Shown here: positions 1 through 12,911 of the stretch, piece after piece
Layout: every line of letters starts with the position of its first letter
Numbering within the stretch: position 1 is the first letter of the stretch
DNA from: Gammaproteobacteria bacterium
GTDB lineage: Bacteria; Pseudomonadota; Gammaproteobacteria; GCA-002705445; GCA-002716945
DNA: 64,000 nt
Direction: 5' to 3'
NCBI GenBank assembly: GCA_002698665.1
Contig: NZZP01000012.1
Span: forward strand, 689-64,688
The notes under the pieces: model-generated
The model's database searches: none
What the model was told of the DNA's origin: nothing
What the model saw: only the letters and a program-made list of their open reading frames with translations
Made by a program: the position numbers and the translations under genes

Positions 1-400
1 CGTAGTTATTAAAGAATCGCTCATAACCCTTGCTTTTTTTTGTCTTACTATCCCATAAGAAATCAATTTCAATAAGATCATCTCTTGTAATGTGGTCATC
101 AAATAAAATGCCTTTTGTTATTAATCCATGAACAAGAGTTTCGCTGATATCTTTAATATCTGATATTTTTCCAACTCCATAAAAATAAAATATTTTATTC
201 TCAGAAGCATTTGATATCTTCCTATAAATAAATAAATCACCGTTATCTACTTTATTGAATCTTTTTCTATTCCATGTATATCTTTCAAAATCAATATCAC
301 CGACATTACTTTGAGCATCAATATTCTCGTGTTTTCCAGTATCAAAAATAAAATATTTTGTATTTGGATTATTTAGTTCTTCAGAAAATAGATTTATCAT
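1..400 (-). CDS. hypothetical protein, 5' portion only (continues past left window edge); possible PUA-like/EVE-type N-terminal fold
   Basis: Hand translation from ATG at 398-400 (minus) stays open to position 1 (~133 codons: MINLFSEELNNPNTKYFIFDTGKHEN...NGDLFIYRKISNASENKIFYFYGVGKISD...). It is absent from the ORF track because there is no in-window stop. A GD-hydrophobic-Y...G-hydrophobic segment loosely resembles PUA-like domains. It lies co-directionally downstream of glmS. Confidence 0.4.
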   Translation of the reverse strand, partial: MINLFSEELNNPNTKYFIFDTGKHENIDAQSNVGDIDFERYTWNRKRFNKVDNGDLFIYRKISNASENKIFYFYGVGKISDIKDISETLVHGLITKGILFDDHITRDDLIEIDFLWDSKTKKSKGYERFFNNY

Positions 401-521
401 TTTATAAGGTATCCTCGCATGAGCATCTCTAAAATCTTTTTTAATTGTTTATGATCTTTATCAATTCTCTTTCCATCGATAGACTTACATTCATAAGGAG
501 ATAGTGCATGTTCAATCAAAC

Positions 522-2348
522 TCATTCCACTGTTACTGATTTAGCAAGGTTACGCGGTTGGTCGATATTTGTTTTCTTTTCAATAGCTACATAATATGCA
601 AGTAACTGCATAGGGATAACATATACTATTGGTGACACAAAATGTCCACATGATGGCATTGAGACAACTTTGGTTTTATCCGTTTTACTATTTTTTAGTT
701 TTTTATTTGTAAAAATATATACCAGCCCTTGCCGAGCTTTAACTTCTGCTAAATTAGATAGTACTTGGTTTACCAAATTGTTATCCGGCATCAATCCAAC
801 TACAGGCAGATTTTTATCTACAAGCGCTAGTGGCCCATGCTTCAATTCGCCTGCTGCATAGCCCTCTGCATGTATATAGGTAATCTCTTTTAACTTTAAT
901 GCAGCCTCAAGAGCAATAGGATACGAAGCCCCGCGACCTAGAAATAATGTATGCTTTTTGTTCTTGAAATTTTTAGCTATAGTCTTAATAATTTTTTCCA
1001 GACTAAAAGTTCTCTTTAAAATAGAAGGTAATGATTTTAATTGTTTAAGAATAGTTTTTTCTATATTTTTTAATGAAGAGGTTCGTGACAAAACCATGGT
1101 CATAAATAATAATGCAACTAGTTGAGAAGTAAATGCCTTGGTAGACGCGACACTAATCTCAGGACCAGCATGGGTTAGATAAACTAAATCAGATAATCGT
1201 GTTAAAGAACTCTCTGGAACATTACAAATAGATAATAAGGAACTATAACCACGTGTTTTCGCTTTTTTAGCGCTGTATATAGTATCAGCTGTTTCGCCAG
1301 ATTGACTAATCGCAACAAATAGAGTTCCTTTTGGAACATTAACGGTTCTATATCTGTACTCACTGGCGATTTCTGCAGTACAAACTATATCCGTGACATC
1401 TTCAATCCAATATTTAGCAATTAAGGCAGCATTATAACTGGTGCCGCATGCTACGAAATGAATATGTTTTGTTTTTAGTAATAGTTTATCTGAATTGGGG
1501 CCGAAGATATTTGGTAATAGTCCATAGGCGCCGATCTTATTCTTAATAGCATTGACAACAATATCATACTGCTCATATATTTCTTTTCTCATGAAATGCT
1601 TATAAGTTCCTTTAGAGATTTCAATATTGCTTTTTGTAGAATTAGATATAGTTTTTTTAAGCTTTTTGCCAGATTGACTAAAAACATCAACAGTATCTTT
1701 GGTTATAGTTGCAATTTCCATGTCCGATAACAGTATAAATTTTTCAGATTTATTGGAAAGTGCATGCATGTCAGAAGAGATATAATTTTCATCATTACCT
1801 ATGCCTATTAAAAGAGGGCTACCATTACATGCAACCAATAAAGTGCCAGGCCACTTATCACAAATACCCCCTATAGCATATGAACCTTGTAGTTTTTTTG
1901 TTACTGCAATCAATGCCTTAGTTGCATCATTATGATAGACTACAAAGTAATTTAATAAGTGTGCTATCACTTCAGAATCTGTATCAGAGGTAAACTTATA
2001 TTTTTTCTTAAGTAAAAACTTTTTTAATTCATCTGCATTCTCGATAATGCCATTATGCGCGATTGAAACACACTTAGAATTATGCGGATGTGAGTTCTTT
2101 AATATAGGTTCGCCATGTGTAGCCCAACGAGTATGAGCTATACCGCAGACTCCTCTAGACTTAGATTTGACTAAGAGAGATTTGAGATTTTTGACTTTAC
2201 CAACACACCGAACTCTTTTAATTTTATTATTGGCTGTAAGAATTGAGAGTCCAGCTGAATCATAGCCTCTGTATTCTAATTTCGACAAGCCATCTATTAG
2301 ACTAGATTGTACTTGTTGAGATGAAACTACTCCAAAAATACCGCACAT
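522..2348 (-). CDS. glmS: glutamine--fructose-6-phosphate aminotransferase
   Basis: 609-aa ORF. N-terminal MCGIFGV (Cys1 class-II amidotransferase) plus a SIS-domain-like C-terminus. The track start is an upstream TTG; the ATG at 2346-2348 was chosen (TGATG overlap with the glmU stop). Downstream of glmU, as in E. coli and Pseudomonas. Confidence 0.93.
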   Translation of the reverse strand: MCGIFGVVSSQQVQSSLIDGLSKLEYRGYDSAGLSILTANNKIKRVRCVGKVKNLKSLLVKSKSRGVCGIAHTRWATHGEPILKNSHPHNSKCVSIAHNGIIENADELKKFLLKKKYKFTSDTDSEVIAHLLNYFVVYHNDATKALIAVTKKLQGSYAIGGICDKWPGTLLVACNGSPLLIGIGNDENYISSDMHALSNKSEKFILLSDMEIATITKDTVDVFSQSGKKLKKTISNSTKSNIEISKGTYKHFMRKEIYEQYDIVVNAIKNKIGAYGLLPNIFGPNSDKLLLKTKHIHFVACGTSYNAALIAKYWIEDVTDIVCTAEIASEYRYRTVNVPKGTLFVAISQSGETADTIYSAKKAKTRGYSSLLSICNVPESSLTRLSDLVYLTHAGPEISVASTKAFTSQLVALLFMTMVLSRTSSLKNIEKTILKQLKSLPSILKRTFSLEKIIKTIAKNFKNKKHTLFLGRGASYPIALEAALKLKEITYIHAEGYAAGELKHGPLALVDKNLPVVGLMPDNNLVNQVLSNLAEVKARQGLVYIFTNKKLKNSKTDKTKVVSMPSCGHFVSPIVYVIPMQLLAYYVAIEKKTNIDQPRNLAKSVTVE

Positions 2349-3718
2349 CAACGAGTACCCTTAATTTTTTTATTTTTCCACTTTGGTATGGATACTTGCT
2401 TACTTCGAGCTATAGTTAGACTGCCGCCGCCAGGCGTATCTTTTGTGACTGTAGAACCAGCTGCTATATATGATCCTTTTCCAACTTTTACAGGTGCAAC
2501 TAACCTTGTGCCTGACCCAATAAATGAATTGCTCTCAATAATTGTTTTATGTTTTTTCTCACCATCATAGTTACATGTGATACAGCCCGCACCGACATTA
2601 ATATTAATGCCAAGGGTTGCATCGCCAATATAACTAAGATGATTTACTTTGGTACCGCTTCCTATAGTAGAGTTTTTAACTTCAACAAAATTACCGACTT
2701 GTGCACCTTTTTTTAACTGACTCCCAGGCCTAATCCTTGCATATGGGCCAACTATACAATTATCAGCAATTGTTGAGCCAAATATAATTGTATTAGGTTT
2801 AATGTGAACATTATTTCCAATTTTACATCTATTAAAATAACAATTGTGCCCAATTCTAGTATTACTGCCGACAGAAACATCGTCTTCGAAGACACAATTA
2901 ATATCAATTTCAACATTATCCTTAACCTTCAAATTTCCTCTTATATCTGTTCTTGCTGGATCACGTACGAGTGTTCCTGATTCTAACAGTTTTTCAGCTT
3001 TAGCTAATAAATACCGATGTTCTAGATTAACAAGATCAACTTTAGAATTTACACCTGAAACCTCGAGATCATTAATAAATTTATGAGTTGCAATACGATA
3101 TCCTGAATCTATCAGTATTTTGATAATGCTCGTTAAATAGTATTCTTTTTTATTATTGTTATTTTTAATTTTCCCAAGATGCTTTTTTAATAAACTACTT
3201 TTGATAGCGATTACACCTGTATTAACTTCTTTGATTTGTCTTTGGTCTAAAGAAGTATCCTTTTCTTCAATAATCTGGACCATTTTATTATTTTCCCGAA
3301 CTATTCTCCCGTAGCCTTTTGGCTTATCTAGTTCTACCGTGCCAACACAAACATCATAGCTTTTTAATTTACTGACTATTTTTCGAATAGAGCTTGAGGA
3401 TATAAATGGTGTATCGCCACACAATATAAGGATATTTTGATCTTGCTTGCTAATACTATCAAGGCCTGACTTTGCTGCTCCTGCAGTTCCATCAAGCTTT
3501 TGTTGCACGGCAATTTTTACATCATCTTCAAGAAGTATCTTCTTTAAACTGGGTGATTTATTATTTACCACACAAACAACCTGCTTGCTATTTGCCATTT
3601 TAGCTGCATCAATGATGTGTTTAACGATAGGTTTCCCAGCGATATCAAATAGTAGTTTTGATTTGTTGGCTTTCATTCTTGTGCTTTTGCCGGCACCAAG
3701 AATAATTGTCGTAAACAT
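2348..3718 (-). CDS. glmU: bifunctional N-acetylglucosamine-1-phosphate uridyltransferase / glucosamine-1-phosphate acetyltransferase
   Basis: 456 aa. N-terminal IILGAGKSTRM nucleotidyltransferase motif, C-terminal hexapeptide-repeat region, and the atpC-glmU-glmS synteny. Confidence 0.92.
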   Translation of the reverse strand: MFTTIILGAGKSTRMKANKSKLLFDIAGKPIVKHIIDAAKMANSKQVVCVVNNKSPSLKKILLEDDVKIAVQQKLDGTAGAAKSGLDSISKQDQNILILCGDTPFISSSSIRKIVSKLKSYDVCVGTVELDKPKGYGRIVRENNKMVQIIEEKDTSLDQRQIKEVNTGVIAIKSSLLKKHLGKIKNNNNKKEYYLTSIIKILIDSGYRIATHKFINDLEVSGVNSKVDLVNLEHRYLLAKAEKLLESGTLVRDPARTDIRGNLKVKDNVEIDINCVFEDDVSVGSNTRIGHNCYFNRCKIGNNVHIKPNTIIFGSTIADNCIVGPYARIRPGSQLKKGAQVGNFVEVKNSTIGSGTKVNHLSYIGDATLGININVGAGCITCNYDGEKKHKTIIESNSFIGSGTRLVAPVKVGKGSYIAAGSTVTKDTPGGGSLTIARSKQVSIPKWKNKKIKGTR

Positions 3719-3728
3719 ACAGCTACCC

Positions 3729-4156
3729 CTATTTATTCTTTACTTTACCCTTTAGTTTCTTAATAAGTCTTAACTGAGCTGCTGCCTGTAATAATTCTGA
3801 TTTAGCTTTTTGCGTATCCATTTCATTGCTGCTATTTCTCATAGCTTCTTGTGCAACTTTTTCAGCCTCTATTGCGCGTGCCTCATCTAAATCTTCACCT
3901 CTCAATGCTGTATCAGACAATATTGTTACTTCACTAGGTTGTATCTCCAATATACCACCACTTACATAAAAGGTCTCTATTTCATCTTTGCTAATTTGTG
4001 CGCGTACGTCGCCTGGTTTGAGCTTTGTTATTAAAGGTGTATGTTTAGGTGAAACACCTACTTCACCCATCTCTGCCGGTGCATAAACCATCTCTACATC
4101 TTTGGAAAATAATTCCTGTTCAGCACTAACAATCTCCAGCCTAATCTTGTCCGACA

Positions 4157-4157
<1 letters not shown>
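3729..4157 (-). CDS. atpC: ATP synthase F1 epsilon subunit
   Basis: 142 aa, last gene of the atp operon. Its N-terminal beta-sandwich sequence is similar to E. coli AtpC. Confidence 0.9.
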
Positions 4158-5545
<1,388 letters not shown>

Positions 5546-5551
5546 CTAATT

Positions 5552-6415
5552 CTATAAAGCTGCCGCGCCAGATATAATTTCTGATATTTCTTGTGTGATG
5601 GCTGCTTGCCTGTTTTTATTATAAATTAATTGTAGTTCTGCAATTAGATCTGTTGCATTATCAGATGCAGCCTTCATAGCAACCATTCGAGAGGCTTGCT
5701 CGCATGCAAGGTTCTCAACAATAGATCTATAAATAAGTGACTCTAGATATCTTGTAAATAATGAATCCAGAACTTCCTTAGCATCAGGTTCATATAGGTA
5801 GTCCCAATAAAAATCATACTCTTTATTTTTTTCTGCGATACTAATAGGTAATATTTTAGCCACTTCGGGCTCCTGGCTTACAGTATTAATAAATTTGTTA
5901 AAAACTAGATAAACTTCATCTATTTCACCTTGCAAAAATTTATCTACTACATTCTTAATTAGCCCTAGAACTTGCTCTACAGTTGGTTTGTCCCCTAACT
6001 GGGATGTTTGAGCTATTACTTCACCGCCAGATCTTTGGAAAAATGATGAGGCTTTATTCCCAACTAAACCAAATGCACTATTAATATTACTTTCTTTATC
6101 CTTCGTAACCATATCAAGTACTTTTTTGAATAAGTTATTGTTTAAGCCGCCGCATAATCCACGGTCTGAAGAAATTACTATGTATCCTTTAGTTTTTACA
6201 TCACGTTCATGAAGAAATGCAGATTCATATTCAGGGTGTGCATGAGCAAGATGCGACATAACATTTAGAATTTTGTCTGCATACGGTCTTGCTTTTACCA
6301 TTTGGTCCTGAGCCTTTTTCATTTTACTAGCAGCTACCATTTCCATTGCTTTGGTAATTTTTTGAGTATTTTGGATACTAGCAATTTGTGTTCTTATTTC
6401 TTGACTACTAGACAT
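5552..6415 (-). CDS. atpG: ATP synthase F1 gamma subunit
   Basis: 287 aa with conserved gamma N- and C-terminal helices; operon position between atpA and atpD. Confidence 0.93.
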   Translation of the reverse strand: MSSSQEIRTQIASIQNTQKITKAMEMVAASKMKKAQDQMVKARPYADKILNVMSHLAHAHPEYESAFLHERDVKTKGYIVISSDRGLCGGLNNNLFKKVLDMVTKDKESNINSAFGLVGNKASSFFQRSGGEVIAQTSQLGDKPTVEQVLGLIKNVVDKFLQGEIDEVYLVFNKFINTVSQEPEVAKILPISIAEKNKEYDFYWDYLYEPDAKEVLDSLFTRYLESLIYRSIVENLACEQASRMVAMKAASDNATDLIAELQLIYNKNRQAAITQEISEIISGAAAL

Positions 6416-7956
6416 TAAAATACACCTTCATCTTTAAAACCGTCTAGCACAGATTTCATCTTTGCCGCTACTTTTTCATCATAGTCTAAACTTTCATTTA
6501 TTTCGTCAATAACGTCTTTATGTTTTGAGTTTGCAAACTCGTGTAAAGATTTTTCGAATGCGATAATTTTTTCAATATCAACATCGTCTAAATAGCCTTC
6601 GTTTGCAGCAAATAATGACATAGCCATATCTGCAACACTTAATGGGCTATATTGTGATTGTTTCATTAACTCAGTAACTCTTTTTCCTCGCTCAAGTTGT
6701 TTTCTTGTAGCTTCATCTAAGTCAGATGCAAACTGCGAAAATGCAGCCAATTCACGATATTGTGCAAGCGCTAATCTCACACCGCCGCCGAGTTTTTTGA
6801 TAATTTTAGTCTGTGCTGCTCCGCCTACTCTTGATACAGATAGTCCTGCGTTTATAGCAGGTCTGATTCCAGCATTAAATAAATCTGTTTCTAAGAAGAT
6901 TTGTCCATCTGTTATTGAAATTACATTCGTAGGCACAAATGCAGAAACATCACCCGCTTGGGTTTCTATAATCGGCAAAGCTGTGAGTGACCCTGTTTGA
7001 TTCTTAATTTTTCCATCTGTTATATTCTGTACTGCTTTCTCATTAATTCTAGCGGATCTCTCCAATAACCTAGAATGTAAATAGAAAACATCCCCAGGAT
7101 ACGCCTCTCTTCCAGGTGGTCTTTTTAACAACAGTGAAACTTGTCTGTATGCCCATGCTTGTTTAGTAAGATCGTCATAGACAATTAATGCATCTTCGCC
7201 ATTATCTCTAAAGTATTCGCCCATTGCACATCCAGAGTATGGTGCTATATATTGCATAGCTGCAGACTCAGCTGCTGAAGCTGCCACAATAATAGTATGT
7301 TTAAGAGCATCATGCTCCTCAAGCTTTCTAACAACTGCGGCTATTGAAGATGCTTTTTGGCCAATAGCAACATAAATACACTTTACGCCAGTGTCTTTTT
7401 GATTAATTATTGCATCAATAGCTACTGCTGTTTTCCCAGTTTGCCTGTCACCAATAATAAGTTCTCTTTGCCCCCTACCAATTGGTACCATGGAGTCGAT
7501 GGATTTTAACCCGGTTTGTACAGGTTGATCAACAGATTTACGTTCAATTACTCCAGGAGCAATCTTTTCAATTGGCGAACTCATTGTGGAAGATATCGGG
7601 CCTGCGTTATCAATTGGTTCACCAAGTGAATTTACTACCCTACCCAGCAAACCATCACCAACTGGAACTTCTAAGATTCTACCGGTGCATTTAACAGTGT
7701 CTCCCTCAGAAATAGACTTATAGTCGCCAAGTATTACTGCTCCAACGGAATCTCGTTCGAGATTAAGTGCAAGCCCAAAAATATTATTTGGGAATTCTAA
7801 CATTTCGCCTTGAAGTGCTTCAGTTATTCCATAGATTCTAGCGATGCCATCTGTCAATGAAATGACCGTTCCTTCATTATGAGACTTAGAGTCTAAGTTG
7901 ACCTCGCTTATTTTATCTTTAATTATTTCACTGATTTCTGTTGGATTTATTGTCAT
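6415..7956 (-). CDS. atpA: ATP synthase F1 alpha subunit
   Basis: 513 aa with Walker A GDRQTGKT. Confidence 0.96.
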   Translation of the reverse strand: MTINPTEISEIIKDKISEVNLDSKSHNEGTVISLTDGIARIYGITEALQGEMLEFPNNIFGLALNLERDSVGAVILGDYKSISEGDTVKCTGRILEVPVGDGLLGRVVNSLGEPIDNAGPISSTMSSPIEKIAPGVIERKSVDQPVQTGLKSIDSMVPIGRGQRELIIGDRQTGKTAVAIDAIINQKDTGVKCIYVAIGQKASSIAAVVRKLEEHDALKHTIIVAASAAESAAMQYIAPYSGCAMGEYFRDNGEDALIVYDDLTKQAWAYRQVSLLLKRPPGREAYPGDVFYLHSRLLERSARINEKAVQNITDGKIKNQTGSLTALPIIETQAGDVSAFVPTNVISITDGQIFLETDLFNAGIRPAINAGLSVSRVGGAAQTKIIKKLGGGVRLALAQYRELAAFSQFASDLDEATRKQLERGKRVTELMKQSQYSPLSVADMAMSLFAANEGYLDDVDIEKIIAFEKSLHEFANSKHKDVIDEINESLDYDEKVAAKMKSVLDGFKDEGVF

Positions 7957-7960
7957 AGCT

Positions 7961-8503
7961 TTACCTATTATTAGTTATTATAGATTCTCTCATTGAATCT
8001 ATTCTACGTTTAATACTGTGATCAATTACTTCATTATTTGTACTGATTTTAATTCCAGCTAATAAATTTTTATTGATAATTTCCTGGATTTTAATTTTTT
8101 GGTTAAATTGCTTTTGAAGTGTTTTAGTAAGCTCAGTTTTCTGTTGCGATGAAAGTTCAAATGGGGTTTCTATTTGTACAACAGAAACACCTCCTTGTTC
8201 AAGGACCATTTCATTAAATAAATGTGAGATGCTATCTAAATTATAAATTTTTTTACTTTGAAGTAAAACTTCAATAAATTTTTCAAAGAGCTTGCTTTTA
8301 GAGTCACAAAAACTAACTATAAATTTTATTTTATCAGAATTATCAATCTTAGGACTTGAAAGAATAGCCTTGACCTCAGCGTCATTAATTACGAGGCCTA
8401 AAATATTGAGGTTACTAAGCCAGGCATCTATCATATTCTCATCACTTGAAATCTTAAATGCCGCCTCTGCATAGGGCCTAGAGTCTGTAATATTATCTCT
8501 CAC
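7961..8503 (-). CDS. atpH: ATP synthase F1 delta subunit
   Basis: 180 aa in the OSCP/delta position between atpF and atpA. Confidence 0.85.
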   Translation of the reverse strand: MRDNITDSRPYAEAAFKISSDENMIDAWLSNLNILGLVINDAEVKAILSSPKIDNSDKIKFIVSFCDSKSKLFEKFIEVLLQSKKIYNLDSISHLFNEMVLEQGGVSVVQIETPFELSSQQKTELTKTLQKQFNQKIKIQEIINKNLLAGIKISTNNEVIDHSIKRRIDSMRESIITNNR

Positions 8504-8967
8504 TTATTAATGACCTCGTCAATAATATTGTCATGTACTTTTTTGTCTATCTCTTTGGAAATAACTTTTTCTGCACAGATAATAGATAATTCAGCTATAT
8601 CTTTTTTTAATGATTCTCTGGCAGCATTGATTTCTTGCTCCAATTGTTGCGTTGAAGATTTTGCAATTTTTAAAGCTTCTTCTTTAGCAGATAGTCTTGC
8701 ATCTTCAATTATTGATTTGGATTTCTGTTCGGCCTCACTAATTATGTTGTTGGCCTTAGATTTAGCTTCGTCTATTTTCAGAGTGTATTCTTCATTAGCC
8801 TCAAGGATTTTTTGTTGTCCTTTTTCGGCAGCAGCTAAGCCTTCAGCTATCTTGTTTGTTCTATCTTCCATAGCTTTGGTAAGAGGTTCCCAAAGATATG
8901 CTTTTATGAACCAAACAAAAATAACAAATGTTATCATTTGGCCAAATAGTGTTGCTGTTACATTCAT
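8500..8967 (-). CDS. atpF: ATP synthase F0 b subunit
   Basis: 155 aa. N-terminal transmembrane helix followed by a long charged coiled coil. Confidence 0.88.
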   Translation of the reverse strand: MNVTATLFGQMITFVIFVWFIKAYLWEPLTKAMEDRTNKIAEGLAAAEKGQQKILEANEEYTLKIDEAKSKANNIISEAEQKSKSIIEDARLSAKEEALKIAKSSTQQLEQEINAARESLKKDIAELSIICAEKVISKEIDKKVHDNIIDEVINK

Positions 8968-8990
8968 TATAATACCTCGTCTTAAAGTTA

Positions 8991-9287
8991 CTAAGCCCCA
9001 AGAGCTGCCTTAGCAGCGCCGATAAATGGGTTTGCAAAAACAAAAAACATGGCAAATGCTAGTACAATAAACGGGAAAGATTCCATTAAGCCTGCTGTAA
9101 TAAACATCTGTATTCTAAGTGCTGGCAGCATTTCGGGTTGTCTTGCTATGCCTTCAATATACTTCATGCAAATTAATCCCCATCCTAAAGCTGAACCAAG
9201 TCCTGCCGCTGCTAGCATGATAGATACGCCTAAACTTGTAGATGCATATATTTGTGTGATCATATCGGGTGTTAGTGTTGTTTCCAT
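8991..9287 (-). CDS. atpE: ATP synthase F0 c subunit (proteolipid)
   Basis: Hairpin proteolipid with the GIARQPE loop. The C-terminus FANPF.G resembles the Pseudomonas c subunit. The true start may be an internal Met (about 9263). Confidence 0.9.
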   Translation of the reverse strand: METTLTPDMITQIYASTSLGVSIMLAAAGLGSALGWGLICMKYIEGIARQPEMLPALRIQMFITAGLMESFPFIVLAFAMFFVFANPFIGAAKAALGA

Positions 9288-9307
9288 ATTTATACCTCTT
9301 ATTTAAT

Positions 9308-10090
<783 letters not shown>

Positions 10091-10101
10091 TCATATATAG
10101 T

Positions 10102-10452
10102 TTAATAAATAGTTTTGGACTTATAGAAAACATACCCTAATTGTGCTAGTGAAAATGATATGAGCAATTGAAGAGCATCTAAATTAAACTGAACTATGGC
10201 AATATAAAAACTCAACAATACTAATACAAATCTCAGCACTATGCTCTTTACAAGCACCAGGGTGCCTCTTGCCTTCTCTTGCTCAGATGCTGCAAAACCC
10301 GCCTTGTTCACGCTTCTTGCAAGTAATAATGTATTAGCTATTGCTATTAAACCTCCTACAAATGAGGACAGTATATTAGCAGAACCTAGGCTTATAAATA
10401 CTGAAGCGATAGCTGTTGTTATCAAGCCTTGGTATATTATTACTCTTAACAC
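10102..10452 (-). CDS. atpI: ATP synthase protein I
   Basis: 116-aa small hydrophobic protein, first gene of the atp operon. Confidence 0.7.
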   Translation of the reverse strand: MLRVIIYQGLITTAIASVFISLGSANILSSFVGGLIAIANTLLLARSVNKAGFAASEQEKARGTLVLVKSIVLRFVLVLLSFYIAIVQFNLDALQLLISFSLAQLGYVFYKSKTIY

Positions 10453-10554
10453 TTTCGATGTTCACCATGGAGCAAAAACCACATCCTTTATGGCTATCAG
10501 TAGTATAGAGGAGTATTAGGTTTAGTTCAATTTATATACTAGAAATTATTAGAT

Positions 10555-11430
10555 TTATTTTCTTTTTTTTATCTTTTTAACTATGCCTTGTAATTCATCG
10601 AGGCTTTTATACTTTATTTCTATTTTCCCGTCACCTTTAGCATTATGCTGTAAAATAACTTCGGCAGCTAACTCTTCGGACAGTTCTTTTTGCAATAGAA
10701 ACGTGTCCCTATTTGGAATTTTTGATGTCTTGGCTGGAGTAACTTTGGCAGATCTAGCTAAACTTTCTACGGACCTAACTGATAACTTTCTGGCGACAGC
10801 ATTTCTAATAATTTGGTCTTGTCGTGAATTGTCTAACGATAAGACAGCTCTTGCATGTCCCATTTCAATGAGACCTGTTGATAACTTAGATTTAACATAT
10901 TCACTCAAATCGTTAAGCCGAAGTATATTAGTTACATGCGATCTAGACTTGCCAACATACTTAGAAATATCTTCATGGGTCATATCATATTCATTATGGA
11001 GCTTCAATAGAGCCTCTGCTTCCTCTATGACATTTAACTGCTCTCTTTGAACGTTTTCAACAATTGCAATGAGAGCTGACTCCTTGTCCGTAACATCCAT
11101 AACTATGGCATCTATATTTTCCTGTTGCAGTGATTGCATTGCACGCCAACGTCTCTCTCCTGCAATCAACTCATAGCCAGAATTGCTCTTACGAACTAAT
11201 ATTGGTACCTGTTGCCCTAGCTCTTTAATGGATGCAGCTATGGACTCTAGAGATTCATCAAAGAAAACCTGTCTTGGCTGATTCTTATTCCTACTAATTT
11301 GATCTAAAGGTATAGATTGGATATTTTGCGTTGATGCGCTGTCTAATCTTTTATTTGTGGTCGAACTAGCAACAGGCTTGGTGCTTAGCAAAGCTTCTAG
11401 TCCTGATCCCAATGCTTTTCTTTTTGTCAT
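10555..11430 (-). CDS. parB: chromosome partitioning protein ParB (Spo0J)
   Basis: 291 aa with the ParB-box GERRWRA and an HTH; sits downstream of parA. Confidence 0.92.
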   Translation of the reverse strand: MTKRKALGSGLEALLSTKPVASSTTNKRLDSASTQNIQSIPLDQISRNKNQPRQVFFDESLESIAASIKELGQQVPILVRKSNSGYELIAGERRWRAMQSLQQENIDAIVMDVTDKESALIAIVENVQREQLNVIEEAEALLKLHNEYDMTHEDISKYVGKSRSHVTNILRLNDLSEYVKSKLSTGLIEMGHARAVLSLDNSRQDQIIRNAVARKLSVRSVESLARSAKVTPAKTSKIPNRDTFLLQKELSEELAAEVILQHNAKGDGKIEIKYKSLDELQGIVKKIKKRK

Positions 11431-11467
11431 ATTATAAATATAACGTGCAATTACTAAGATGTATATA

Positions 11468-12235
11468 TTACTCTTTTTCTTGTTTAAGAATTTCTCCTAC
11501 AAGAGATAGGTATGCAAATGCCCCTCTGGAGTTTTTTTCATAATCAAGTATCGGCATACCATGGCTTGGCGCCTCTGCTAAGGATATATTTCTAGGTATT
11601 ATTGTCCTGTAAACCTTATCTGAAAAAAACTTCAGTAACTGCTTGCTCACGTCTCTAGATAAGTTATTTCTCGGATCAAACATGGTCCTCAGGATGCCTT
11701 TTATAAGAAGACCCTGATTAGAAGACCCCTTAATAGTATCAATGGTGGTCATCAATTCGCTTAGACCTTGAAGAGCAAAAAACTCACACTGTACAGGTAT
11801 AATAACACCCGTTGAAGCTGTTAGGGCATTAACAGTTAGAATGTTTAAAGACGGAGGGCAATCGATAATAATATAATCATAATTTACACTTATCTTTTTA
11901 AGAATATTAGACAGTGTATATTCTTTATCAGATGATGAAATTAGTAAAACTTCTGCTTCTGTAAGCAGCGGAGTTGCTGGCAAAATATCAAAAGAAGAAC
12001 CTTCTGGTGATGTAATGCAACTTTGAATATCCTCTCTCAACAATAATGCATCATTGATTGTCTTGTTAATATCATGATGATCTAGTCCACATCCTCTCGT
12101 TGCGTTAGATTGAGGATCAAGATCAACTAGCAGGGCTCTTTTTTTTGTTTTTGCTAAACAAGAAGAAACATTAACACATGTTGTGGTCTTGCCTACACCA
12201 CCTTTTTGATTGACGACAGAGAGTATTTCACCCAT
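11468..12235 (-). CDS. parA: chromosome partitioning ATPase ParA (Soj)
   Basis: 255 aa with deviant Walker A KGGVGKTT; rsmG-parA-parB synteny. Confidence 0.93.
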   Translation of the reverse strand: MGEILSVVNQKGGVGKTTTCVNVSSCLAKTKKRALLVDLDPQSNATRGCGLDHHDINKTINDALLLREDIQSCITSPEGSSFDILPATPLLTEAEVLLISSSDKEYTLSNILKKISVNYDYIIIDCPPSLNILTVNALTASTGVIIPVQCEFFALQGLSELMTTIDTIKGSSNQGLLIKGILRTMFDPRNNLSRDVSKQLLKFFSDKVYRTIIPRNISLAEAPSHGMPILDYEKNSRGAFAYLSLVGEILKQEKE

Positions 12236-12236
12236 A

Positions 12237-12905
12237 TTAGCTTAGCTCCAGTATGAATCTATTGGTATCAAAAAAAGGTGTATTAATCTTCTTTATGCTC
12301 GCATCTATATTAATATTTAATTTGCCACAAAGATCGTCAATACTAAACGAAAGAACATTTGATCCAGTTAAAATAATAATAGGTGCTCTGCAATTTAGTT
12401 TTTTCCTGAATAGATTCACAAAGTATTCTACTCGTGACTGGAAATCTAGCTTAGATATTTTTTTATTACTGAAATTTTTTATGAGGATTGATTTTGGTGC
12501 TATTGTTATTTTCATTTTATCTATATCCTGTTTTAAAATGTTTATATTCTCAAGCTTTAACTTAACCTTAACATGTTCTAAAAACCTTATGGCATTTTCT
12601 CTTCTATCAATTAATGAAATACTATCATTTGTTCTGAATATAGACAGAATTAAGCCAGGCAAACCCGCGCCTGTGCCTACATCCAACGAATCTCCTTCTG
12701 GGATATGTGATATCAAGCAAAGACAATCATAAAAATCTCTCTGCAAAAAATATTCCTTATTTCTTGTAGATATTAAATTTTTTCTTTCGTGCCACCTGAA
12801 AAGGATGTCTACATAACTTTCAATTTTTTTAGCACCAGACGTTGTTATGTTAAATTGAAGACGATTTAAAATTTCTTCAATAGATGTGCGGGTGCTGATG
12901 TTCAT
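12237..12905 (-). CDS. rsmG: 16S rRNA (guanine527-N7)-methyltransferase
   Basis: 222 aa with the DVGTGAGLPG SAM-binding motif; immediately downstream of mnmG (the gidB position). Confidence 0.9.
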   Translation of the reverse strand: MNISTRTSIEEILNRLQFNITTSGAKKIESYVDILFRWHERKNLISTRNKEYFLQRDFYDCLCLISHIPEGDSLDVGTGAGLPGLILSIFRTNDSISLIDRRENAIRFLEHVKVKLKLENINILKQDIDKMKITIAPKSILIKNFSNKKISKLDFQSRVEYFVNLFRKKLNCRAPIIILTGSNVLSFSIDDLCGKLNINIDASIKKINTPFFDTNRFILELS

Positions 12906-12911
12906 GATTAT

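Noticed and set aside
401-521. Possible Tn7-like right end / attTn7 insertion downstream of glmS
   Set aside because: No arrays of 22-bp TnsB-type repeats or terminal TGT...ACA ends are visible in the 120-bp spacer. The neighbouring ORF does not resemble TnsA. Only the hotspot location is noteworthy (kept as a finding).
505-585. Short plus-strand ORF (MFNQTHSTVTDLARLRGWSIFVFFSIAT) with an excellent SD (AAGGAG, 7-nt spacer) overlapping the glmS 3' end
   Set aside because: It is antisense to the conserved GlmS C-terminus, has no recognisable homology and is 26 aa. The SD match is likely fortuitous. It could only be validated by ribosome profiling.
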